Below, piece after piece: positions 26,958-36,025 of a stretch of DNA of 36,976 nucleotides; within the stretch, counting starts at the first letter, position 1, and the number at the start of each line of letters is the position of its first letter. A program made the translations under genes and the position numbers. The DNA lies in the IMG/VR virus record IMGVR_UViG_3300029822_000556, positions 1 to 36,976 of that record. One strand, written 5' to 3'. Below the pieces are notes generated by a model, which was given only the letters and a program-made list of their open reading frames with translations, was not told the DNA's origin and did not search any database. Source of the DNA: a virus (taxonomy: Duplodnaviria > Caudoviricetes).

Positions 26958-27701
26958 TTATATATTTCCTTTTAATCTTTCTATTATAATATTATAGAAT
27001 TTTTCTTCTTTTTCTATTCCTATAAAATTTCTATTTAGATTTTTTGCAGCAACCAATGTTGTACCTGAACCAGCTACATTATCTAAAATTAAATCACCTT
27101 CATTTGTATATGTTTTAATTAAATATTCACATAGTGCTAAAGGTTTTTGTGTGCTATGTAAATTTAATTTTTGTTTATCACTTGCAAATAATTGAACACT
27201 TCTTGGGTATCTTTCGGTACTATCATAATCACTGAAATTATCACATTTATTATATATTTCACCTGTGCTAGTATTTCTTTTATGGTGAGCAGTAGATACT
27301 TTACGTTTATGACCATATGTTTTTATTGGGTTGTAAGTTGATTGTTTTTTATAAAATACTAATATATTTTCGTGAGCACGCATTGGCATTTTTTTGGCAT
27401 TTAAATGTCCAGTTGCTTGTGTTTTTTCCCAAATCCATTCATATTTTAACCATTCCAAATTACTACATCCTAAGACCTTATCGAAGGGTGTTTGGGCGAA
27501 TAGTACAATAACACCATTATCCTTTATTAATCGTTTATAGTGTATCCATAGTTCATTTAAATCGATAATTGAATCCCACTTGCAGTTTGTTGTTCCAAAA
27601 GGCAGATCTGCTAAAATCATATCAATACTTTTATCTGGTATAAACTTCATAAGATTTAAACAATCACCATTATAAACTTCATTTATATTTAAATTCATCA
27701 T
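26958..27701 (-). CDS. Orphan N6-A/N4-C DNA methyltransferase (beta class)
   Basis: GDCL..M..IPDKSIDMILADLPF, HSTQKP..L, LILDNVAGSGTT, FIGIE. Confidence 0.92.
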   Translation of the reverse strand: MMNLNINEVYNGDCLNLMKFIPDKSIDMILADLPFGTTNCKWDSIIDLNELWIHYKRLIKDNGVIVLFAQTPFDKVLGCSNLEWLKYEWIWEKTQATGHLNAKKMPMRAHENILVFYKKQSTYNPIKTYGHKRKVSTAHHKRNTSTGEIYNKCDNFSDYDSTERYPRSVQLFASDKQKLNLHSTQKPLALCEYLIKTYTNEGDLILDNVAGSGTTLVAAKNLNRNFIGIEKEEKFYNIIIERLKGNI

Positions 27702-27756
27702 TAATAAACAATATTAATTTTTAATAATATATTAATAAAAAAATTATTTGTTTTAA

Positions 27757-29460
27757 ATGATTATAAAAACAATAAAATTTAAAAATGTAAAATCGTATGG
27801 GAATAAATATCAACAAATTAATTTTGATGATGATGGTGGATTAATACTCCTTACAGGAACAAATGGTAGTGGAAAATCAGCTATTATGGAATCAATCGAT
27901 ATTGCACTCTTCAATCAGGTTAGAGGAAAAGAATCATCAAAAATACCATTAAGAGTATTCCCAAATAGAATAAATAAAAATTTAGAAGTAGAAATAGATT
28001 TTATAAATAATAACAATGATATTATAAAAATAAGAAAAAATATAGAACCAACTGATCTACACGTTGAAGTTAACAATCAAAATTATACAGAAAGATTTAA
28101 ATTATTAAATGTATTAGATAAAGAAAAATTAATAGGATTTAATTATTCAACATTTAAGTCATTTATATCATTGAGCATGAATGATTTCTTAAATTTTATT
28201 CATTTAAAACCAGAAGATAAAAGAAATTTATTAAATAGGTTATTTAATTTAGAAAGAATAGATGATATGCAATCTATTACAAAAGAAATAATGTTACAAA
28301 ATAAGAAAGAAATCGAAAGATTAACAATAGAATTAACAAATATAGATAAAGAATTAACAGATTTAATGGTTATTATTAAAAATAATAGTAATAATAAAAA
28401 AGAAATATCAAAAGAAGATTTAAAAGAAAAGATACAAGAAACAAAAGATAAGTACAATAATATACAAAAAAGTAAAAAAGAGATAGATGATAAAATATCA
28501 GATTTTCAAGTTAAAATACAGGAATATAAAAATCATGTAACAGTATCAGATTCAGAAAATATTAAAAGAAGAACAGAATTATCCGAAATAAAATCAAAAA
28601 TAAAAATATTTGAATCTGGCAAATGTCCATATTGTTATAGTGATTTGTCAGATGATGAACATATTAAATTATTAGATGAACTAAAAATAAAAGATGAAGA
28701 ATTAACTAGTAAAATTTTAGATAATGAATTAAAAATACAATACTATAATGATGAAAATAAATCATTAATAAAACAATCTAGAATTTTAGAAGATTCTAGA
28801 ATCGATTATGATGAACAATTAATTGATATAAAATCGGATGCTAAATCATTAAAGATCCAATATGATAATTATAACGATGAAGAATTTAATATTGTTCAAG
28901 ATTTAAAAGATAAGGGTCAAAATTTAGTAAAGGATAAAAAAGATAAATTAAATAGAATAAAAGAACTAAAAACTGATATTAATTCTTTAAAAGAACTATA
29001 TAAAATATTAGGTGAAGATGGTGCAAGAAAAACTATAATATCATCTTTAGTTCCACCAATTAATTCTTACTTGAAAAAAATATTAAAACGTATAAATTAC
29101 CCATACAATGTTATTTTAAATAATAATTTTGATGCTGAAATTTATGATAAAGGTGAATTGATACATGGCGAAACACCATCAAACGGAGAGATAAGAATGT
29201 TAAATATATGTATTGCAATATCTTATATTGAAATGATTAGAAAAACTAAAAATATTAATGTTTTATTTTTAGATGAGGTATTTTCTTCTATACATAAAGA
29301 TAATATAAATCTAATACTTAACATATTAAAGGATTTTGCATTAGAAAATAGATTAAATTTGGTATTGGTACATCATGGATTAGAGGAGTTAGATTCAAAG
29401 ATATTTGATAAGATTATATCTGTAGAAAAGAATATATTTTCAGATATTACGATTAAGTAG
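27757..29460 (+). CDS. SbcC/Rad50/T4 gp46-like recombination ATPase
   Basis: Walker A GTNGSGKS, coiled coils with a CPYC zinc hook, signature PSNGE, Walker B LFLDE, H-loop VHH. Confidence 0.93.
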   Translation: MIIKTIKFKNVKSYGNKYQQINFDDDGGLILLTGTNGSGKSAIMESIDIALFNQVRGKESSKIPLRVFPNRINKNLEVEIDFINNNNDIIKIRKNIEPTDLHVEVNNQNYTERFKLLNVLDKEKLIGFNYSTFKSFISLSMNDFLNFIHLKPEDKRNLLNRLFNLERIDDMQSITKEIMLQNKKEIERLTIELTNIDKELTDLMVIIKNNSNNKKEISKEDLKEKIQETKDKYNNIQKSKKEIDDKISDFQVKIQEYKNHVTVSDSENIKRRTELSEIKSKIKIFESGKCPYCYSDLSDDEHIKLLDELKIKDEELTSKILDNELKIQYYNDENKSLIKQSRILEDSRIDYDEQLIDIKSDAKSLKIQYDNYNDEEFNIVQDLKDKGQNLVKDKKDKLNRIKELKTDINSLKELYKILGEDGARKTIISSLVPPINSYLKKILKRINYPYNVILNNNFDAEIYDKGELIHGETPSNGEIRMLNICIAISYIEMIRKTKNINVLFLDEVFSSIHKDNINLILNILKDFALENRLNLVLVHHGLEELDSKIFDKIISVEKNIFSDITIK

Positions 29461-29817
29461 GAAATTTTCAAATGTTCTTATTATTTTACCTTTAGGTGTA
29501 TATGATGGAATTACTGTTTTATTTTTAAGAATATTTAATATTTCATTAATGTTATTAATATTAAATATTTTATTGTATGTAAAATTTCTTCTTGTCCTAA
29601 TAAAATTAATAACATCCAAATCATTTAAATTTTCTTCTTTATTAGAATAAAATGCACTATTAAAAAAATGAAAATTAATAAATATATAATTTGGATATTT
29701 TTCTATTCTTCCTAAATATTGAAAATCATCATAATTTAATTTAATAGTACGATATAATTTATCATATTCATCCATATCATTAACTTTTACTACTATTTCA
29801 GTTATTTCTTTATTCAT
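29440..29817 (-). CDS. Single-module tag-B protein (start corrected to ATG 29817)
   Basis: MNKEITEIVVKVNDMDEY...PSYTPKGKIIRTFENF; the ATG overlaps the end of the upstream gene. Confidence 0.7.
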   Translation of the reverse strand: MNKEITEIVVKVNDMDEYDKLYRTIKLNYDDFQYLGRIEKYPNYIFINFHFFNSAFYSNKEENLNDLDVINFIRTRRNFTYNKIFNINNINEILNILKNKTVIPSYTPKGKIIRTFENFLLNRNI

Positions 29818-30403
29818 AATAATTTTTAAAATTTTCAAATGTTCTTATTATTTTGCCTTTTGGTTCATATGATGGATTTGAATCATATAATATCCAAGAT
29901 GGTGCAATAAATTTAATATTTTTATTTATAGATTCTATAATATAATACATATTATCATTTAATGGTGCAAATATATAATCAATAATAGTAAATGTAGTAT
30001 CATATATACTATTATTATAAACATCTTTTATAGTATTGTAACTATTTTCAAACTCAAAATTATATAAATCTGTTCTGTCTTTTAAATATGGCATGTAACT
30101 AATATCTTTACCTATTATATAATTTTTACCAACTATTGGTATTTTAACTGGTTTTGGATCATTTACCTTAGATACCGAATGTCTAAATAGAATATTTAGA
30201 TAATTTCTATCTGTATCTATTTCTAATGTTTCACCAAATTCATCTGATGATATATTTAAAATTGTAAATATTTTATTTTTATAATCTGGTTCAAGATGAT
30301 CATAAATGGTAAATTCAAATATATTATCTGGATTGTATTTACAATCAATAACAATTTTATCTCCTTTTTTAATATTTATATTATTTAAAAAATATTTATT
30401 CAT
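29810..30403 (-). CDS. Tag-B protein
   Basis: Ends PSYEPKGKIIRTFENFKNYYE. Confidence 0.7.
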   Translation of the reverse strand: MNKYFLNNINIKKGDKIVIDCKYNPDNIFEFTIYDHLEPDYKNKIFTILNISSDEFGETLEIDTDRNYLNILFRHSVSKVNDPKPVKIPIVGKNYIIGKDISYMPYLKDRTDLYNFEFENSYNTIKDVYNNSIYDTTFTIIDYIFAPLNDNMYYIIESINKNIKFIAPSWILYDSNPSYEPKGKIIRTFENFKNYYE

Positions 30404-30864
30404 TATATATCTTCTATATTTTCAATATCTTTATTGGTTTTTGTTCCTATATTTGTATTATTTGTATTATTCTTAAATATTGGTAAATCATTTCCTTTTG
30501 TTGTTTTATATATAATGTAAGATATAACAAATGGACTAAGTGATGAAAAATATACAGTTAATGTATTTATATCTATATTTTTTATAATCCCAAATACACC
30601 TAGTATAGTCCATAATAAAACAGTTACATATATAACAATTTCTCTTGATGATGTATGTCCTTTTAATATTATAGATGTTGATGTAGATGTTCTTTTATGT
30701 TCCCCCCATAAATATGTGCTTATGAATAATGTTAAGGACGCATAATATCCTGCTATACTTGTTAAACTACTATCAAATATTAATCCTAATGTACCGATAA
30801 AAGCCCATAAAAATATTACAATATAAATTAATCTCTCTGATTTTGATGTCTTTTTTAATTTCAT
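30403..30864 (-). CDS. Four-TM membrane protein built from an internal duplication
   Basis: SKSERLIYIVIFLW..G..GLI...YYASL..FI.TY aligns with SSREIVIYVTVLLW..G..GII...YFSSL..FV.SY. Confidence 0.7.
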   Translation of the reverse strand: MKLKKTSKSERLIYIVIFLWAFIGTLGLIFDSSLTSIAGYYASLTLFISTYLWGEHKRTSTSTSIILKGHTSSREIVIYVTVLLWTILGVFGIIKNIDINTLTVYFSSLSPFVISYIIYKTTKGNDLPIFKNNTNNTNIGTKTNKDIENIEDI

Positions 30865-32336
30865 AATTCTCTATTTATTTTTTTAGGTTGATATGTCGGT
30901 GATTTTATAGATGATCCATATTTAATTATATTTTCTAATATACCATCTGTTAAATCTTTAATGTTGAAATCTTTTTCATAATCATCAATATCGGTATTAT
31001 GATCATCCGTTCCCCATAAAAAATCTAATGTTCCGTTTTTATTAAAAAATCTAAAATAAACATGATCATATACTGAATTTAATTTTTCTTCTGCAAGATT
31101 TATAAAATAATTAAAATTATCTACAGATAGTATATCTTTAAATCTTAACATGTAATTTTCAAATAAATGTAACTCTTCAATAGTATAAAAATTAAATATT
31201 ACATATCTATATTTATATTTGTTTAAATATATAGAATTATTTAATTTAAACCATTTAGATTCTAATAATCTTTTTGGTTTTTCTTTTGGTTCATAAGATG
31301 GTAAAAAAAGTACTTTATTGGTTATAATTTTTTTAATTGTATCTATGTCATTAATTGTTAATACCTTTTTCCATACGTCCATTAACCAACTATTATTTTC
31401 AAAATCATAATCCATTTGATAAAATTCACAATATGATAAACTTTTATTTATAAAATTTATGAATAGATATAAATGATCATTATTGTATAATTCATTTATA
31501 ATATTAAAATTATATTCTTCTAGTAATTCTATTATTTTATTAATTTCTCTTCTATTATTAAGTTCAACACATATATTTGTAACTTTATTAATATCATATT
31601 TTTCTAATAATCTTTTATTTATTTTTGGTTTATATGATGGTTTTGATATATTATTATAATATTGTTCAAATTCATCAATGTTAAAAACTGGTGAAATATC
31701 ATCTTCATTTAAATTTAATTCATGTCCTTTATCCCTATAAAAATTATACTTCATATAATCTCCATTATATCCTGCTGTATAAACTTTATCAGATCTAAAT
31801 GATCCAATATGTTCAGTAAATATAACATAACAAATAGGCGGATCAGATATTACTGTTTTAAGATAATCACCTATAATATTTTGGAACTTAATTTTTTCAC
31901 TATATTTATTAACAAGTATACTTATTACTTTATATTTTCCTTTTTTTAAAAAATTAATATTTAAATTTTCTAATAATCTTTTATTTTTACTTTTTGGTTG
32001 GTATGTTGGTTTTATATATTTTTTACCTGTATTAATAATATTTTCAATAATTTTCATATCATCGATAGTATAAATATTAGGATCTATATGTTCTTCTGAT
32101 AATACATCATTTAATAATTCTACTTTATCATCTATATTATCATCTGTTAAATAACACAATTCGATATTATAACCTTTAAAATTAATAAACATATAATTTG
32201 GTAAATTTTCAATTATTTCATCTAAATTATACCTTTGTGGTTTTCTTGTTTTTTTTAACATGTCTATTAATTCATAATATTCATGTTCATTATTAATTCT
32301 TACGCAAAGTTCTTCATATGGATATATTTCAACCAT
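30861..32336 (-). CDS. Four-module tag-B polyprotein-like protein
   Basis: Modules of ~115-130 aa end in PTYQPKSKNKRLLE, PSYKPKINKRLLE, PSYEPKEKPKRLLE and PTYQPKKINREL. Confidence 0.8.
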   Translation of the reverse strand: MVEIYPYEELCVRINNEHEYYELIDMLKKTRKPQRYNLDEIIENLPNYMFINFKGYNIELCYLTDDNIDDKVELLNDVLSEEHIDPNIYTIDDMKIIENIINTGKKYIKPTYQPKSKNKRLLENLNINFLKKGKYKVISILVNKYSEKIKFQNIIGDYLKTVISDPPICYVIFTEHIGSFRSDKVYTAGYNGDYMKYNFYRDKGHELNLNEDDISPVFNIDEFEQYYNNISKPSYKPKINKRLLEKYDINKVTNICVELNNRREINKIIELLEEYNFNIINELYNNDHLYLFINFINKSLSYCEFYQMDYDFENNSWLMDVWKKVLTINDIDTIKKIITNKVLFLPSYEPKEKPKRLLESKWFKLNNSIYLNKYKYRYVIFNFYTIEELHLFENYMLRFKDILSVDNFNYFINLAEEKLNSVYDHVYFRFFNKNGTLDFLWGTDDHNTDIDDYEKDFNIKDLTDGILENIIKYGSSIKSPTYQPKKINREL

Positions 32337-32338
32337 TC

Positions 32339-32893
32339 TTATTTAATATTTTTAATAAAATCTTTAAATTTTAAAATTTTACTTTCATGTATAGAATCTT
32401 TGTTTGTTGTTTTTGCACTATAAACATATTTATCATTTATTCTAACATTAACCCCAAATGCTTTAAATGCAACAAACACATCTTCAAGACATTCGTTATC
32501 TGCACCACCTACCAATGTAACATTGTCATCTTTTAATTCTTCTATTAAATTAACAATTTCATTATTTACGTAAAACCAGTCATGATTATTATCAACTCTA
32601 ACAACATAAGATCCATCACTTAATTTTAAAACAGTTCCCTCTTCAGTTGAATTTTTTATTTCGTTGGTATATTTTTTAACCTTATCACTAAAATGATTTT
32701 TTCCAAATTTTTTAGCAACTGCTTCCACTTCATTAGGAAATTTATATGTAGGTGATATGCTATTTTTATTAGTATCCCATATTTGATATACTTGATCAAA
32801 ATCTTCTGCATAATTATGCAATTCATCCACTAGATCATGTTGTATAAATTTTTGAAATTCTTTTTGTACATCTACTATTACTAATACTTTCAT
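32339..32893 (-). CDS. Isochorismatase/cysteine-hydrolase fold protein
   Basis: VLVIVDVQ (catalytic Asp), a central Lys (AKKFG) and VTLVGGADNECL (catalytic Cys). Confidence 0.75.
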   Translation of the reverse strand: MKVLVIVDVQKEFQKFIQHDLVDELHNYAEDFDQVYQIWDTNKNSISPTYKFPNEVEAVAKKFGKNHFSDKVKKYTNEIKNSTEEGTVLKLSDGSYVVRVDNNHDWFYVNNEIVNLIEELKDDNVTLVGGADNECLEDVFVAFKAFGVNVRINDKYVYSAKTTNKDSIHESKILKFKDFIKNIK

Positions 32894-32913
32894 ATATATT
32901 TTATAATTTTATT

Positions 32914-34020
32914 TTATATATAAATTAAATTTAATAGATTATTAATATCATCATTATATTTAATTCTTATTAATTTAATATTATTTTTATTACAAAAAAT
33001 ATTTTTTAATTCGTCATTTATTTTTTGTTTTTCTAATGTTTTTATTCCACCAAAAAAATCATTTGGTTCATAATGTTGTTTTCCATCAAATTCAATACAG
33101 ATGTTATAATATGGTAAATAAAAATCAAAAGGTAATGGTAGAATATTTTTACAACCGATGAATTTTTTTTGGCTTATATATTTTATATTATTTTTAATTA
33201 AAATATTTCTTATTTGTTTTTCGTCTTTTGATTCTTTACATACTGGACAAGACTGTTTTGATAGATGAGCATTTGGTGTTTGTTCAAAAACACCATGATG
33301 TGGACATATAATTTTTACTTTTGTTTTAGAATTTTTATATTTAACTAATGAATAATCATATTTATTATTATGGATTATATTTGATCGTTCTATAAAATCC
33401 TTTAAATTCATTTTTAATTTAGATGCAGATAATATATACCTACATAAAGGACACCCTTGTCCATTTAAATGTAAGTATGGTTTTTGGGTAAACTCACCAT
33501 GAATTGGGCATAATATTTTTATATTTATATGCATATTTTCATAATTATCAATTAAATAATTATATTTAAAATTGTGTATTTTATTTGCCCTTTTTATAAA
33601 ATCTAATTTAGTTAATTGTTTTGTTCCCCCACATGTCGGACACCCATATCCTGATAAATGATTGTTTGGTGTTTGTTCAAAAACACCATGATGTGGACAT
33701 ATAATTTTTACTTTTGTTTTATTTCCTTTATAATCAACTAATGAGTAATCATATTTATTATAATGTATATTTTTAGAATCTGTTATAAATTTTTTTGTCG
33801 TTTTTGTCATATTTTTAGATAATTCTTCAATTGAGCATTTATAACAACCAAAACCCAATAAATGACTATTTGGTATTTGTTCAAAAACACCATGTATAGG
33901 ACATATTATTTTAACTTTTGTTTTAGAATTTTTATATTCGACTAAAGTATAATCATATTTATTATTATGGATTTTATTTGATCGTTCTATAAAAATATCT
34001 ATTGTTAATTTATTAGGCAT
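32914..34020 (-). CDS. Putative homing endonuclease with DUF723-like zinc repeats and a PD-(D/E)XK domain
   Basis: Four KVKIICPxHGxFEQxPxxHL repeats; LPFDFYLP...IEFDGKQHY; paralog of 25856..26953. Confidence 0.8.
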   Translation of the reverse strand: MPNKLTIDIFIERSNKIHNNKYDYTLVEYKNSKTKVKIICPIHGVFEQIPNSHLLGFGCYKCSIEELSKNMTKTTKKFITDSKNIHYNKYDYSLVDYKGNKTKVKIICPHHGVFEQTPNNHLSGYGCPTCGGTKQLTKLDFIKRANKIHNFKYNYLIDNYENMHINIKILCPIHGEFTQKPYLHLNGQGCPLCRYILSASKLKMNLKDFIERSNIIHNNKYDYSLVKYKNSKTKVKIICPHHGVFEQTPNAHLSKQSCPVCKESKDEKQIRNILIKNNIKYISQKKFIGCKNILPLPFDFYLPYYNICIEFDGKQHYEPNDFFGGIKTLEKQKINDELKNIFCNKNNIKLIRIKYNDDINNLLNLIYI

Positions 34021-34042
34021 AAATATTTATATATTTTTATAA

Positions 34043-34360
34043 CTATTCTAAATCTTTTATGTTTTTATCTTTGTTTGCTTTAATAAATCCTAATCTTCTA
34101 TGATAATATGTATCAAAATCAAAATTATCATTTTTAGAATTCTTAGCAATCATTAACAATATTTCAGATATTACTTTTTCTTCATCTGTCAATGTTTCTC
34201 CTTTGTTCCAGGGATTCTCAATATCTGATTTTCTGTACAAATCTTCAACAAATTTTATAATTTGATCATATTCTTCATTTGTAATTCCACCTTTTAAATC
34301 TTTTTCATCCATATCTTTATAGATGCCTTCGTTTAATTCATTAAATTTTTTAATTTTCAT
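34043..34360 (-). CDS. Hypothetical protein with a capsid-targeting-like N-terminus
   Basis: Starts MKIKKFNELNE. Confidence 0.6.
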   Translation of the reverse strand: MKIKKFNELNEGIYKDMDEKDLKGGITNEEYDQIIKFVEDLYRKSDIENPWNKGETLTDEEKVISEILLMIAKNSKNDNFDFDTYYHRRLGFIKANKDKNIKDLE

Positions 34361-34372
34361 AATATTATTATT

Positions 34373-35143
34373 TTATTTTAAAATTACGGATGTCCCGATT
34401 CTATCAATGTATGGGTATAATTTTTCAACATCCTGTATAGTTCTAATTCCACCCATTGCTTTAATCTTTATATATTCTGGTAGAACTCTTCTCATTTCTT
34501 TAACCTTTTCAAATTCAACTCCTTTTGTTTTTGTTCCGGTGCAAGTGGCAACATAATCGGCACCTGCATTAGATATTAATTCACATGCTTTTGTTACTTG
34601 TTCTAATGTTAACTCACCACTTTCCATAATAACTTTTAATATTACACCGTTTTTATGACATTCATTTGCGATTGTTCTTATTTCTTGTTCTATTTGATCA
34701 TATGTTGATTTTTGTAATTCCCCGTCTTCTTCAACGTATGCCTTTTTTAATAATTTATAGTCCATTACCATATCAATCTCATTAACACCATTTGATATAA
34801 TTTCTGTTGTTTGTAGTAATTTATCTGATTCTGTATCATCTCCATCAGGAAAACCAACAACAGATATAACTTTTAATTTATTAATATCTGTTATTGAATA
34901 AACTGCATGATCCACCATATCAGGTGGTACACAAACTGCATAAAAACCATTTATTTCTGCTTCTTTTATAATTTTATTAATATCTTCTTTATTAGTACCT
35001 GGTTTAAGATGAGTATACTCTATAATTGATGAATATTTTTTATCAATTACATTTGTTTCTATATCCAACTCTTTGTTAACCAATTGACCAATCTGAATTT
35101 GATTTTCCTTTAAAAATTGATCATAATTATAAATATTTTTCAT
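34373..35143 (-). CDS. deoC: Deoxyribose-phosphate aldolase homolog lacking the Schiff-base lysine, with an N-terminal extension
   Basis: AVCVPP, VVGFPDG, EIDMV, LKVIMESGEL, IKAMGGIRT and RIGTS are present; the canonical KTSTG reads ATCTG. Confidence 0.88.
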   Translation of the reverse strand: MKNIYNYDQFLKENQIQIGQLVNKELDIETNVIDKKYSSIIEYTHLKPGTNKEDINKIIKEAEINGFYAVCVPPDMVDHAVYSITDINKLKVISVVGFPDGDDTESDKLLQTTEIISNGVNEIDMVMDYKLLKKAYVEEDGELQKSTYDQIEQEIRTIANECHKNGVILKVIMESGELTLEQVTKACELISNAGADYVATCTGTKTKGVEFEKVKEMRRVLPEYIKIKAMGGIRTIQDVEKLYPYIDRIGTSVILK

Positions 35144-35148
35144 ATTTT

Positions 35149-35475
35149 CTATTTTATTTTAAAGATATTCAATATCTTTTCGACTGATCTATAAATACTA
35201 ACCCTATTAGTAACTACTAATGTACTTTTAATAGCATCTTCTATTTTTTTAATAAGTGAAATACTATTAAATTTATTTTTATTTAAATTGGTTTTTATTG
35301 ATTTTGATATAACAGAATTTAAATCTTCGTCAGTATTAGATGATATATCTTTTTCTAATTTATCAATTAAAGTATTTAATTGTTCTTCTGTTAATATAAA
35401 TATATTTTGTTCAGATATATTTAGATTTTCTAATAATAAATTATCAAAATTTTTTATATATTTAAATTTTTTCAT
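35149..35475 (-). CDS. Hypothetical protein with a capsid-targeting-like N-terminus
   Basis: Starts MKKFKYIKNFDNLLLE; the variant TTTTATATATA lies upstream at 35498-35508 (-). Confidence 0.6.
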   Translation of the reverse strand: MKKFKYIKNFDNLLLENLNISEQNIFILTEEQLNTLIDKLEKDISSNTDEDLNSVISKSIKTNLNKNKFNSISLIKKIEDAIKSTLVVTNRVSIYRSVEKILNIFKIK

Positions 35476-35523
35476 AATCTTTTATTTTATTTTAAAGTAT
35501 ATATAAAAATATAAAACGAATAA

Positions 35524-35555
35524 TTTGTTTTAAGAATAATAAAATACTAATTTTG
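35524..35555 (+). promoter_or_regulatory. Bacteroidota primary-sigma promoter
   Basis: TTTG (35524-35527)-N20-TAATTTTG (35548-35555), 17 nt before the smpB ATG. Confidence 0.65.
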
Positions 35556-35572
35556 TAAAAATTTTGTAAGTT

Positions 35573-36025
35573 ATGAAAAATAAAAAAACCAATACATTAA
35601 TATTTAAAAATAAAAAGGTATTTTTTGATTATGATATTGTTGATAAAATAGAGTCAGGAATAATTTTATCAGGAACCGAAGTAAAATCTATTAGAAGTGG
35701 TAAGATTAATATGAATGGATCTTTTTGTATTATTAAAGATAATGAAGTATTTATAAAAGGTATGGATATTGCTATTTATGATGAGGGTAGTATGAATAAT
35801 CATGATCCAAAAAGAGATAGAAAACTCTTACTCCATAAAAAACAAATAAATAGAATAAAAATAAAACTAGAAGAAAAGGGTTTTACCATCGTTCCAATAA
35901 AAATATACCCTAATGAAAATGGTATTTTTAAAGTTGAAATTGGTATTGGTAAAGGGAGAAAGGTTGCTGATAAACGTGAATATATTAAAGATAGAGAATC
36001 TAAAAGAGAATTAAAAGATTTTTAA
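35573..36025 (+). CDS. smpB: SsrA-binding protein SmpB
   Basis: NKKVFFDY, ESGIILSGTEVKSIR.GK, NHDPKRDRKLLLHK, GKGRK..DKRE.IK.RE.KR. Confidence 0.96.
   Translation: MKNKKTNTLIFKNKKVFFDYDIVDKIESGIILSGTEVKSIRSGKINMNGSFCIIKDNEVFIKGMDIAIYDEGSMNNHDPKRDRKLLLHKKQINRIKIKLEEKGFTIVPIKIYPNENGIFKVEIGIGKGRKVADKREYIKDRESKRELKDF

Noticed and set aside
25856-27701. Methyltransferase plus adjacent nuclease as a restriction-modification system
   Set aside because: The nuclease has the repeat-rich homing type architecture and a paralog at 32914 with no methyltransferase, so adjacency is probably insertional. This is not formally excluded.
27757-29460. gp46/SbcC as inactive or orphan (PSNGE signature, no adjacent gp47/SbcD)
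   Set aside because: All other ATPase motifs are intact and the partner may be encoded outside the window.
22-35506. Short overlapping ORFs from the track (22, 2940, 7012, 7392, 10013, 13632, 15447, 17028, 21981, 26449, 27317, 28200, 34323, 35288)
   Set aside because: They are shadow or alternate-frame ORFs overlapping well-supported genes and have no recognisable motifs.
35476-36021. tmRNA or tRNA genes near smpB or elsewhere
   Set aside because: No intergenic space of sufficient size or GC content, and no cloverleaf or T-loop motif was recognised by eye.
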